Positions 57,304 to 64,000 of a stretch of 64,000 nucleotides of DNA are shown piece after piece. The position numbers were made by a program, and so were the translations under genes. The notes under the pieces were generated by a model. That model saw nothing but the letters and a program-made list of their open reading frames with translations, was not told the DNA's origin and made no database searches. The DNA is taken from assembly GCA_963809215.1 (NCBI GenBank), contig CAWEIJ010000002.1, positions 1,108,201-1,172,200 on the forward strand. Reading direction: 5' to 3'. Numbering within the stretch: position 1 is the stretch's first letter; the number at the start of each line of letters is the position of its first letter. The DNA comes from an uncultured Chloroflexia bacterium. Lineage in GTDB: Bacteria > Chloroflexota > Limnocylindria > Limnocylindrales > CSP1-4.

Positions 57304-59883
57304 GTGTCCCTCACCTTCTCCGTCGAGTTCGGCGGACGCCCCCTCACCATCGAGACGGGCAAGCTCGCCCGCCTGGCCGGCGGTGCCGTCACCGTCACCT
57401 ACGGGCAGACGGTCCTGCTCGGCACGGCCAACCGGTCCGAACCCCGCCCGGGCCTCGACTTCTTCCCGCTCACCGTGGACTTCGAGGAGCGGATGTATGC
57501 CGCCGGCAAGATCCCGGGCGGCTTCATCAAGCGCGAGTCGCGGCCGTCGGAGGCCGCCATCCTGGCCGCCCGCCTGACCGACCGGCCCATCCGGCCGCTC
57601 TTCCCCGAGGGCTACAAGGACGACGTCCAGGTCGTCCTGACCGTCCTCTCGACGGACCAGGAGAACAACCCGGACGTCCTCGGCACGATCGCCGCGTCCG
57701 CCGCGCTGACGATCAGCGAGATCCCGTTCCTCGGCCCGATCGGCGCCGTGCGCATCGGCCGGATCAACGGCGAGCTCGTGATCAACCCCACGATGCCCGA
57801 GCTGGCCGAGTCGGACCTCGACCTCATCGTGTCCGGCACGCGCGACGCGATCATGATGGTGGAGGCCGGCGCGAAGATCCTGCCCGAGTCCGTGATGGCC
57901 GAGGCGATCCTCTTCGGTCATCGCGCCCTGCAGCCGCTCGTCGACATCCAGCTCCAGCTCCAGGAGGCGGTCGGCAAGACCAAGCGGATCCCGTTCCTCG
58001 AGGCCGGGACCGGCTCCGTGCTCGACTTCGCCGAGAAGGCCAAGGCCGGCGCCGAGTTCGTCGTCCTCGACGTCGAGACGACGGGCACGAATCCCGAGAT
58101 GGCCGATCTCGTCGAGATCGCCGCCGTCCGAGTCAAGAAGGGCAAGGTCGCCGACCGCTGGTCGACGTTCGTCAACCCGGGCCGCGCGATCTTTGGCAAC
58201 CAGATGCACGGGATCACCGACAAGGACGTCGCCGGCGCGCCGAGCCCCGCGGACGCCGCCAGGCAGGCGCTGGCGTTCATCGGCGACGCGACCCTCGTCG
58301 GTCACTCGGTCGGGTTCGACATCGCGTTCGTCGAGGCTGCGCTCGCCGACGGGACCCGGGTCCGTCCGGGCACCTACCTCGACACGCTCACGCTGGCCCG
58401 GGATGGCTACCCGGACCTTCCCAGCTACACGCTGGGCGAGCTCTCGCGCTTCTTCGGGATCGAGCTGAAGCAGGCCCACCGCGCCCTCCCCGACGCGGAG
58501 GCCACGGCTGCGCTCCTCCTCGCGATCGCGGCGGACCTGCCGGGCCGCCTCGCGGCCCTCTCGGACGGCGTCGCGGACTCGATCCGGGCCAGCCGGACGT
58601 CGAAGGACGACGCGAAGGCGAAGCTCGAGGCGGCGCGGCGAACGGCACGCGTCTCGAAGTCGCTCTTCGGCCTGGTCCACAAGAAGACCGCCCGCAGGCT
58701 GACCCTCACCGAGGGGATCCGCATGGACGGGCGCGGCGTCGACGAGCTGCGGACCATCACGGTCGAGGTCGGCGTGCTGCCTCGCGCGCACGGCTCGGGC
58801 CTCTTCACCCGCGGCGAGACGCAGGCGCTCACGATCGCGACCCTCGGCCCGTCCTCGGACGTCCAGCGGATCGACACGATCAGCCCGGAGACCGAGAAGC
58901 GCTACATCCACCACTACAACATGCCGCCGTACAGCACCGGCGAGAACAAGATGATGCGGGGCCCCGGCCGGCGCGAGATCGGCCACGGCCACCTCGCGGA
59001 GCGGGCGCTCCTCCCGGTGCTCCCCAGCCCGGACGAGTTCCCCTACGTCATCCGCCTCGTCTCGGAGTGCGTCACGTCGAACGGCTCCACCTCGATGGCC
59101 TCCACGTGCGGCTCCACGCTGGCGCTCATGGACGCCGGCGTGCCGATCACGGCGCCGGTCGCCGGCGCGGCGATGGGCCTGATGTCCGAGGCGGACGGGA
59201 CGTTCACCGTCCTCACCGACATCCTCGGCAAGGAGGACTCGTTCGGCGACATGGACTTCAAGGTCACCGGGACCCGGGACGGCATCACGGCCCTCCAGAT
59301 GGACATCAAGGTGACCGGCATCAGCGAGGCGATCATCCGGCAGGGGCTCGAGAAGGCCCACGCCGCGCGGATGACGATCCTCGACAAGATGCTCGAGGTC
59401 ATGCCATCCGCCCGCGACACGATGAGCGACTTCGCCCCGCGCATCACCAAGATCAAGATCAACCCGGAGAAGATCCGCGACATCATCGGCAAGGGCGGCT
59501 CCATGATCCGGAAGATCCAGGAGGAGACCGGCACGGAGATCAACGTCGAGGACGACGGCACCGTCGAGATCGCGGCGGTCTCCGGAGAGAACGCCCGCAA
59601 GGCGATCCACTGGATCGAATCTCTCACCCGCGAGGTGGAGATCGGCGCGTTGTACCTGGGCACCGTGACCCGCCTGATGACCTTCGGCGCATTCGTCGAG
59701 ATCCTCCCGGGCAAGGAGGGCCTCGTCCGCATCGGCGAGCTCGCCGACTACCACGTCCCCTCGGTCGAGGACGTGGTCTCGGTGGGCGACGAGGTGATGG
59801 TGGTCGTGACCGAGGTCGACCGCCAGGGCCGGGTCAACCTGTCCCGCAAGGCCGCGATGCAGCGCCACCTCGCGAAGGGCTGA
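57304..59883 (+). CDS. pnp: Polyribonucleotide nucleotidyltransferase (PNPase) with an inserted DEDDh exonuclease domain
   Basis: 859 aa, intact. PH1 (FPLTVDFEERMYAAGKIPGGF.KRE), PH2 (RREIGHGHLAERAL...FKVTGTRDGITALQMDIK), KH (IIGKGGSMIRKIQEETG) and S1 (GTVTRLMTFGAFVEI), plus an insertion of about 165 aa between PH1 and PH2. Confidence 0.95.
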   Translation: MSLTFSVEFGGRPLTIETGKLARLAGGAVTVTYGQTVLLGTANRSEPRPGLDFFPLTVDFEERMYAAGKIPGGFIKRESRPSEAAILAARLTDRPIRPLFPEGYKDDVQVVLTVLSTDQENNPDVLGTIAASAALTISEIPFLGPIGAVRIGRINGELVINPTMPELAESDLDLIVSGTRDAIMMVEAGAKILPESVMAEAILFGHRALQPLVDIQLQLQEAVGKTKRIPFLEAGTGSVLDFAEKAKAGAEFVVLDVETTGTNPEMADLVEIAAVRVKKGKVADRWSTFVNPGRAIFGNQMHGITDKDVAGAPSPADAARQALAFIGDATLVGHSVGFDIAFVEAALADGTRVRPGTYLDTLTLARDGYPDLPSYTLGELSRFFGIELKQAHRALPDAEATAALLLAIAADLPGRLAALSDGVADSIRASRTSKDDAKAKLEAARRTARVSKSLFGLVHKKTARRLTLTEGIRMDGRGVDELRTITVEVGVLPRAHGSGLFTRGETQALTIATLGPSSDVQRIDTISPETEKRYIHHYNMPPYSTGENKMMRGPGRREIGHGHLAERALLPVLPSPDEFPYVIRLVSECVTSNGSTSMASTCGSTLALMDAGVPITAPVAGAAMGLMSEADGTFTVLTDILGKEDSFGDMDFKVTGTRDGITALQMDIKVTGISEAIIRQGLEKAHAARMTILDKMLEVMPSARDTMSDFAPRITKIKINPEKIRDIIGKGGSMIRKIQEETGTEINVEDDGTVEIAAVSGENARKAIHWIESLTREVEIGALYLGTVTRLMTFGAFVEILPGKEGLVRIGELADYHVPSVEDVVSVGDEVMVVVTEVDRQGRVNLSRKAAMQRHLAKG
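58051..58545 (+). other. DnaQ/RNase T-like DEDDh 3'-5' exonuclease domain embedded in PNPase (about aa 250-414)
   Basis: Exo I FVVLDVETTG (D256/E258), Exo II LVGHSVGFDIAFV (D339), Exo III HRALPDAEATAALL (H392/D397). In frame with pnp on both sides. Confidence 0.85.
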
Positions 59884-59932
59884 CCCCGCCGCGGGCCGTC
59901 CGCCGGCCGGCCGGCAGCTCGTCGACACTCGC

Positions 59933-59956
59933 GTGCCCCCGGGAGACCGGGGGCAC
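59933..59956 (+). terminator. Perfect 10-bp GC hairpin after pnp (no clear U-tract)
   Basis: GTGCCCCCGG-GAGA-CCGGGGGCAC, 50 nt after the pnp stop. It abuts the asd -10 element. Confidence 0.45.
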
Positions 59957-59958
59957 GC

Positions 59959-59967
59959 TGGTATACT
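59959..59967 (+). promoter_or_regulatory. Extended -10 element TGGTATACT, 6 nt before GTG 59974 (leaderless geometry for asd)
   Basis: TATACT at 59962..59967, spacer cgggcc, GTG at 59974. This is identical to the geometry at def. Confidence 0.45.
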
Positions 59968-59973
59968 CGGGCC

Positions 59974-61089
59974 GTGCCCGCCAGTCCATCCACGAGCAGC
60001 GGAGCCATGTCCTTCACCACCACCCGACCCCTCACGGTTGCGGTCGTCGGCGCCACCGGCGTCGTCGGGCGCACGATGATCTCGGTCCTGCTCGAGCGGG
60101 CCTTCCCGATGGGCGAGCTCCGGCTCCTGGCGTCGGGCCGCTCCGCCGGCATGACCGTGCCCGTCGCGGGCCGGCCTCTCTCCGTCATGGAGGCGACGGC
60201 GGAAGCCTTCGAGGGCGTGGACATCGCGCTCTTCTCGGCCGGGGCGGACATCTCGCGCGAGCTCGCGCCGCAGGCGGTCGCCCGCGGCTGCACCGTGATC
60301 GACAACTCGAACGCCTGGCGGATGGACCCGGGGATCCCGCTCGTGGTCAGCCAGGTCAACCCCTCGGACCTCGCGGCTCACGAGGGCATCATCGCGAACC
60401 CGAACTGCAGCACGATGCAGCTCGTGCCGCTGCTGATGGCACTGCGGGACGGACCCGGCCTGGAGCGCGTCGTCGTGGACACGTACCAGGCGGTGTCGGG
60501 GACCGGCGCGGACGCGATCGCGGAGCTGGAGACGCAGATCCGGGCGCACGCGGCGGGCGTCCCCAAGGAGGCCAGGGTCTACCCGCACCCCATCGCGTTC
60601 AACGCGCTGCCCGAGATCGACGTCTTCCTTGAGAACGGCTACACGAAGGAAGAGTGGAAGGTCGTCTCCGAGAGCCGCAAGATCCTCCATCTGCCCGACC
60701 TGCGCGTCTCCTGCACCGCCGTCCGGGTCCCGGTCTTCGTCGGGCACTCGGAGGCCGTCCACGTCGAGACCAGCCTGCCGGTCACGCCTGCCGCCGCCCG
60801 TGCCCTCTTCGCGCGCGTGCCGGGCGTGGAGGTGCGGGACGATCCGGTCGCCCACGTGTACCCGCTCGCGACCGAGGCGGCGGGCAGGGACGAGGTCTTC
60901 GTCGGCCGCGTCCGGCAGGACCCGTCGATCCCGGACGGGCGCGGCCTCGCGTTCTGGTGCGTCTCCGACAACGTGCGCAAGGGTGCGGCAACCAATGCCG
61001 TCGAGCTCGCCGAGCTGCTGGTCGCGCGCGGTTGGGTCGCGCCCGCATCGCGCCGCGCACGACCCGCGGAGGCGGAGACGCTCGCGTGA
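59974..61089 (+). CDS. asd: Aspartate-semialdehyde dehydrogenase
   Basis: VAVVGATGVVG, NPNCSTMQ (active-site Cys), YQAVSGTG, and CVSDNVRKGAATNAVE. An alternative start is ATG 60007. Confidence 0.93.
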   Translation: MPASPSTSSGAMSFTTTRPLTVAVVGATGVVGRTMISVLLERAFPMGELRLLASGRSAGMTVPVAGRPLSVMEATAEAFEGVDIALFSAGADISRELAPQAVARGCTVIDNSNAWRMDPGIPLVVSQVNPSDLAAHEGIIANPNCSTMQLVPLLMALRDGPGLERVVVDTYQAVSGTGADAIAELETQIRAHAAGVPKEARVYPHPIAFNALPEIDVFLENGYTKEEWKVVSESRKILHLPDLRVSCTAVRVPVFVGHSEAVHVETSLPVTPAAARALFARVPGVEVRDDPVAHVYPLATEAAGRDEVFVGRVRQDPSIPDGRGLAFWCVSDNVRKGAATNAVELAELLVARGWVAPASRRARPAEAETLA

Positions 61090-61823
61090 CCGCCCCCGAA
61101 CGCCGCGCGGCGCTCGATGCGATCGCGGCGGAGGTTCGGGCCTGCACTGCCTGTCGACTGCACGCCGGCCGCACGAACGCGGTGCCGGGCGAGGGAGATC
61201 CGATGACGGAGGTGGTCCTGGTCGGCGAAGGTCCCGGCGTCAACGAGGACCGCCTGGGCCGGCCATTCGTCGGGCGCGCCGGTGATCTCCTCGTGCGCCT
61301 GCTCGCGTCCATCGGCTGGAAGCGCGGCGACGTCTTCATCACGAACGTCGTCAAGTGCCGTCCTCCGGACAACCGCGACCCTGAGCCGGACGAGGTCGCG
61401 GCGTGCGCCCCATATCTCCGGCGCCAGCTCGAGGTGCTCGATCCGGCCCTTGTCGTGACGCTTGGCCGGCACTCGCTCGGTCGCTTCATGCCGGGGACCA
61501 CGATCAGCCGGGCGCACGGAACGGTTGCCGACGTGGATCCCGTGACCGGCGCCCGGCACGCGCGCGTCTTCGCCCTGTACCACCCGGCGGCCGCGCTGCG
61601 TGCGGCCGCGGTCGAGACCGCCAGCTTCGCGGATGTCGCGCGGATCCCCGACGCGCTCGTCGAGGCGCGCGAGCTCCGGGAGCTCCACGACGCGCCGCCG
61701 CCGACCCAGGAAACGGCCGGCGCCGCGGAACCCCGCGTTGGTGCCGCCGTTGCGGCCAGCGACGAGCGGCACGACGCGCAACCCCAACAAGCCGACATCG
61801 ATCAGCTGACACTCTTCACGTGA
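61086..61823 (+). CDS. Uracil-DNA glycosylase, family 4 (Fe-S type) with a C-terminal extension
   Basis: GTGA overlap with asd. CTACRL...VPGEG...VVLVGEGPG..ED..GRPFVGRAG.LL...F.TNVVKCRPP.NR.P...E...C..YL...HP. Confidence 0.88.
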   Translation: MTAPERRAALDAIAAEVRACTACRLHAGRTNAVPGEGDPMTEVVLVGEGPGVNEDRLGRPFVGRAGDLLVRLLASIGWKRGDVFITNVVKCRPPDNRDPEPDEVAACAPYLRRQLEVLDPALVVTLGRHSLGRFMPGTTISRAHGTVADVDPVTGARHARVFALYHPAAALRAAAVETASFADVARIPDALVEARELRELHDAPPPTQETAGAAEPRVGAAVAASDERHDAQPQQADIDQLTLFT

Positions 61824-61827
61824 GGCC

Positions 61828-63510
61828 ATGACCAACCAGAGTCCCGCGACCAACGACACGCCGCTCCGCATCATCCCGCTCGGCGGGGTGGGGGAGATCG
61901 GCAAGAACATGTACGTGTTCGAATATGACGACGACATCGTCGTGATCGACTGCGGCCTGATGTTCCCCGACGAGGAGATGTTCGGGATCGACCTGGTCAT
62001 CCCCGACATCTCGTACCTCAAGGAGCATCGCGCCAAGGTCCGCGCGTTCCTCATCACGCACGCCCACGAGGATCACGTCGGCGCGCTGCCCTACGTCCTG
62101 CCGGAGTTCCCGGGCGTCCCCGTGTACGCCTCCACGCTGGCGCGCGGGCTCCTGGGCAACAAGATCAAGGAGCACAAGCTCCACAACAACCCGCTGATCG
62201 GGCTCGAGCCGGGCGACGAGATCCGGATCGGGCCGTTCACGGTCGTCCCGTTCCGGATCGGGCACTCGATCCCGGACGCGATGGGGATCGCGCTCCGCAC
62301 GCCGGTCGGCACGGTCGTCCACACGGGCGACTTCAAGTTCGACCACACGCCCGTCGACGGCAGGCTGTCGGACTTCCACATCCTCGCCAAGCTCGGCGCG
62401 GAAGGCGTGATCTGCCTGCTCTCGGACTCGACGCGCGCCGAGAACCCCGGCTACACGCCGTCCGAACGGACCGTCGGGGAGGCGTTCCGCGAGATCATGG
62501 AGCCGCTCGACGGCCGGGTCATCGTGGCCACCTTCGCGAGCAACATCGCCCGCGTCCAGCAGGTCCTCGACGCCGCGGCAAGCTTCAACCGCAAGGTGGC
62601 CGTCATCGGCCGCTCGATGGAGCAGAACTTCCGGATCGCCAGCGACCTGGGCTACCTGACCTACGACGCGGATCGGATCGTGGCCAAGGACCGGATCAGC
62701 GACATCGAGCCCAACAAGCTCGTCATCTGCACGACGGGCGCCCAGGGCGAGCCCATGGCCGGCCTCGCCCGGATGGCCAACCGCGACCACCGGTTCGTGG
62801 AGATCCAGCCGGGCGACACGGTGATCGTCTCGGCGAGCCCGATCCCCGGCAACGAGGAATACGTCTCGCGCACGATCGACAACCTCTTCAAGGCCGGCGC
62901 CAACGTGTACTACCACGCCATCAAGCGGGCGCACGTCTCCGGGCACGCCAGCCAGGAGGAGCTCAAGCTGATGCTCGGCCTGACGAAGCCGCGCTACTTC
63001 ATCCCGATGCACGGCGAGTTCCGGATGCAGGTGCAGCACGGACGGCTGGCGATCGAGACCGGCGTCGCGCCGGAGAACGTCTTCATCATCGAGAACGGGA
63101 TGCCGATCGAGATCCTCGCCGACGGCAGCGCCCGACGCGGCGCGCCCGTCACGGCGGGCTACGTCTACGTCGACGGCCTCTCGGTGGGCGAGGTCGGGGA
63201 GATCGTGCTGCGCGATCGCCGCGCGCTCGCGAACGACGGCATGTTCATGGTCGTCGTCACGGTCGACAAGCAGACCGGGTCCGTCATCGGGCAGCCGGAG
63301 GTGATCACGCGCGGCTTCGTCCACCTCAACGAGAAGGACCCGATCATGGCCGAGGCGATCCGCCGGGTCGTGAGCTCCATCGAGAACCCGGGCAGCCACA
63401 TCAGCGAGGTCGCGCTCCTCAAGAGCCAGATCAAGGATGGCGTCTCGCGGTACCTCTACGAGCAGACGAAGCGGCGGCCGATGGTCTTCCCGGTCGTCGT
63501 CGAGGTCTAG
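61828..63510 (+). CDS. rnj: Ribonuclease J
   Basis: 560 aa. Metallo-beta-lactamase HAHEDHVGALP, beta-CASP, HVSGHASQEEL, and a C-terminal domain. Confidence 0.94.
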   Translation: MTNQSPATNDTPLRIIPLGGVGEIGKNMYVFEYDDDIVVIDCGLMFPDEEMFGIDLVIPDISYLKEHRAKVRAFLITHAHEDHVGALPYVLPEFPGVPVYASTLARGLLGNKIKEHKLHNNPLIGLEPGDEIRIGPFTVVPFRIGHSIPDAMGIALRTPVGTVVHTGDFKFDHTPVDGRLSDFHILAKLGAEGVICLLSDSTRAENPGYTPSERTVGEAFREIMEPLDGRVIVATFASNIARVQQVLDAAASFNRKVAVIGRSMEQNFRIASDLGYLTYDADRIVAKDRISDIEPNKLVICTTGAQGEPMAGLARMANRDHRFVEIQPGDTVIVSASPIPGNEEYVSRTIDNLFKAGANVYYHAIKRAHVSGHASQEELKLMLGLTKPRYFIPMHGEFRMQVQHGRLAIETGVAPENVFIIENGMPIEILADGSARRGAPVTAGYVYVDGLSVGEVGEIVLRDRRALANDGMFMVVVTVDKQTGSVIGQPEVITRGFVHLNEKDPIMAEAIRRVVSSIENPGSHISEVALLKSQIKDGVSRYLYEQTKRRPMVFPVVVEV

Positions 63511-64000
63511 GTGGCGACCCGCCGCCGCCCACCCGCCGCACGCCCCCGGACGCGGGCGCCCCGCCGCCGGTCCCCCGGCGCGCGACTCCCGCGGCTCTCG
63601 CCGGACGTCACGCGCTCGCTCGTGGCGGTGGTCCTGCTCGTGCTCGGCGCCGTGATCCTCATCGGCCTGGTGCTTCCAGGGCCGTGGTGCGCTCACCGAC
63701 TGGATCCTCAACGTGATCGCACCGTGGTTCGGGTCGGGGCGCTGGCTCCTGCCGCTGGTCCTCATCGGCCTGGGGGTGTGGCTCGAGCGGGCGGGGGGCG
63801 TCCGCGCCGGCTGGCTCCGGACGCTCGTCGGCTCGGGCATCGCCTACGCGGCAGCCCTCGCCCTGATCGCGCTGTTCGTGGACGGCGGCATGCTCGATGG
63901 GCGATCGGGCGGCCGGATCGGCTCGGGTCTCGCCTCCTTCGTCAGCCGCCTCGTGAGCCCGCTCGGCGCCTTCATCGTCTTCGTCGGCATCCTTCTCGCC
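63511..64000 (+). CDS. ftsK: DNA translocase FtsK/SpoIIIE, N-terminal membrane region (partial, runs off the right edge); one +1 frame break near 63679..63681
   Basis: GTG 63511 gives a basic N-terminus plus TM helix LVAVVLLVLGAVILIGLVLPG. The next frame gives GALTDWILNVIAPWFGSGRWLLPLVLIGLGVWL...GGRIGSGLASFVSRLVSPLGAFIVFVGILLA, a typical FtsK N-terminal pattern. Position after rnj matches Bacillus rnjB...spoIIIE. Confidence 0.6.
   Translation, partial: MATRRRPPAARPRTRAPRRRSPGARLPRLSPDVTRSLVAVVLLVLGAVILIGLVLPGPWCAHRLDPQRDRTVVRVGALAPAAGPHRPGGVARAGGGRPRRLAPDARRLGHRLRGSPRPDRAVRGRRHARWAIGRPDRLGSRLLRQPPREPARRLHRLRRHPSR

Noticed and set aside
58051-58545. The PNPase insertion considered as an intein, a mobile-element insertion or an assembly chimera with a dnaQ/polC fragment.
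   Set aside because: There are no intein splice-junction residues or HNF/endonuclease blocks. There are no flanking repeats or a compositional shift. The reading frame is continuous on both sides. The insert sits precisely in the linker between PH1 and PH2, with helical-linker-like sequence retained on both sides. Chimerism cannot be fully excluded without reads.
4246-63681. The frame breaks considered as programmed +1 ribosomal frameshifting or as genuine pseudogenes.
   Set aside because: No shared slippery or stimulatory context (nothing like prfB), and the junctions fall at different protein positions. The affected genes include several normally essential single-copy functions (def, fmt, ispG, rpe, ftsK). 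Uniform single-base excess at short homopolymers is the signature of sequencing or consensus error. This remains an inference until reads are examined.
1-64000. Mobile genetic elements, prophage, toxin-antitoxin, restriction-modification or other defence islands.
   Set aside because: No transposase, integrase, recombinase or phage-like ORFs, no inverted terminal repeats and no atypical-composition block were seen. Apart from the short AT-rich leaders noted above, the window is a compositionally uniform, syntenic core-genome segment.

Overview
This 64-kb window comes from a very GC-rich bacterial chromosome. Third codon positions are almost all G/C, and every real gene is shadowed by long Arg/Pro/Gly-rich ORFs in other frames and on the opposite strand. 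Almost all genuine coding is on the + strand and forms a dense housekeeping, translation and ribosome-biogenesis backbone. The order is: (REC-ParA-like, minus strand) | rpsF-ssb-rpsR | ilvE | LCP (minus) | ileS-lspA-rluD-gmk-priA | hyp-def-fmt-rlmN-[repeat spacer]-rpe-[small ORF]-dtd | rpmB (minus) | asp23-yloV-recG-rsmD-coaD | coiled-coil-yceD-rpmF-plsX-asp23-nusB-acpP-rnc-smc-ftsY-ffh | DUF3352-like | rpsP-KH-rimM-trmD-rplS-rnhB-yraN | rpsB-tsf-pyrH-frr-uppS-cdsA-dxr-rseP-ispG | nusA-ylxR-infB-rbfA-nrnA-truB-ribF-rpsO-pnp | asd-udg-rnj-ftsK. From memory, this order is collinear with the Bacillus subtilis ileS...spoIIIE/ftsK backbone. That points to a high-GC Terrabacteria lineage such as Actinomycetota or Chloroflexota, but I cannot place it further. 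I found no rRNA, tRNA, CRISPR, transposase, integrase or recognisable defence genes. Main points of interest: (1) The pnp gene encodes a PNPase with a complete DEDDh (DnaQ/RNase T-type) 3'-5' exonuclease domain inserted between its two RNase PH domains. (2) At least nine reading-frame breaks, all in the same +1 direction, interrupt otherwise conserved essential genes (LCP x2, def, fmt, rpe x2-3, asp23, ispG, ftsK). This looks like single-base insertion error rather than biology. (3) The rlmN-rpe spacer holds a 48-bp x3 tandem repeat with all three forward frames open. (4) The nusA leader has the arrangement promoter-like element, then intrinsic terminator, then nusA, and rimP is absent. (5) A recurrent TGnTAnACT-type -10 element precedes operon-leading genes, and two of them (def, asd) have exact leaderless geometry. 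Smaller oddities are a UDG C-terminal clamp-binding-like motif, an altered GRG motif in RNase HII, a degenerate RibF kinase domain and genes lacking a canonical start codon.
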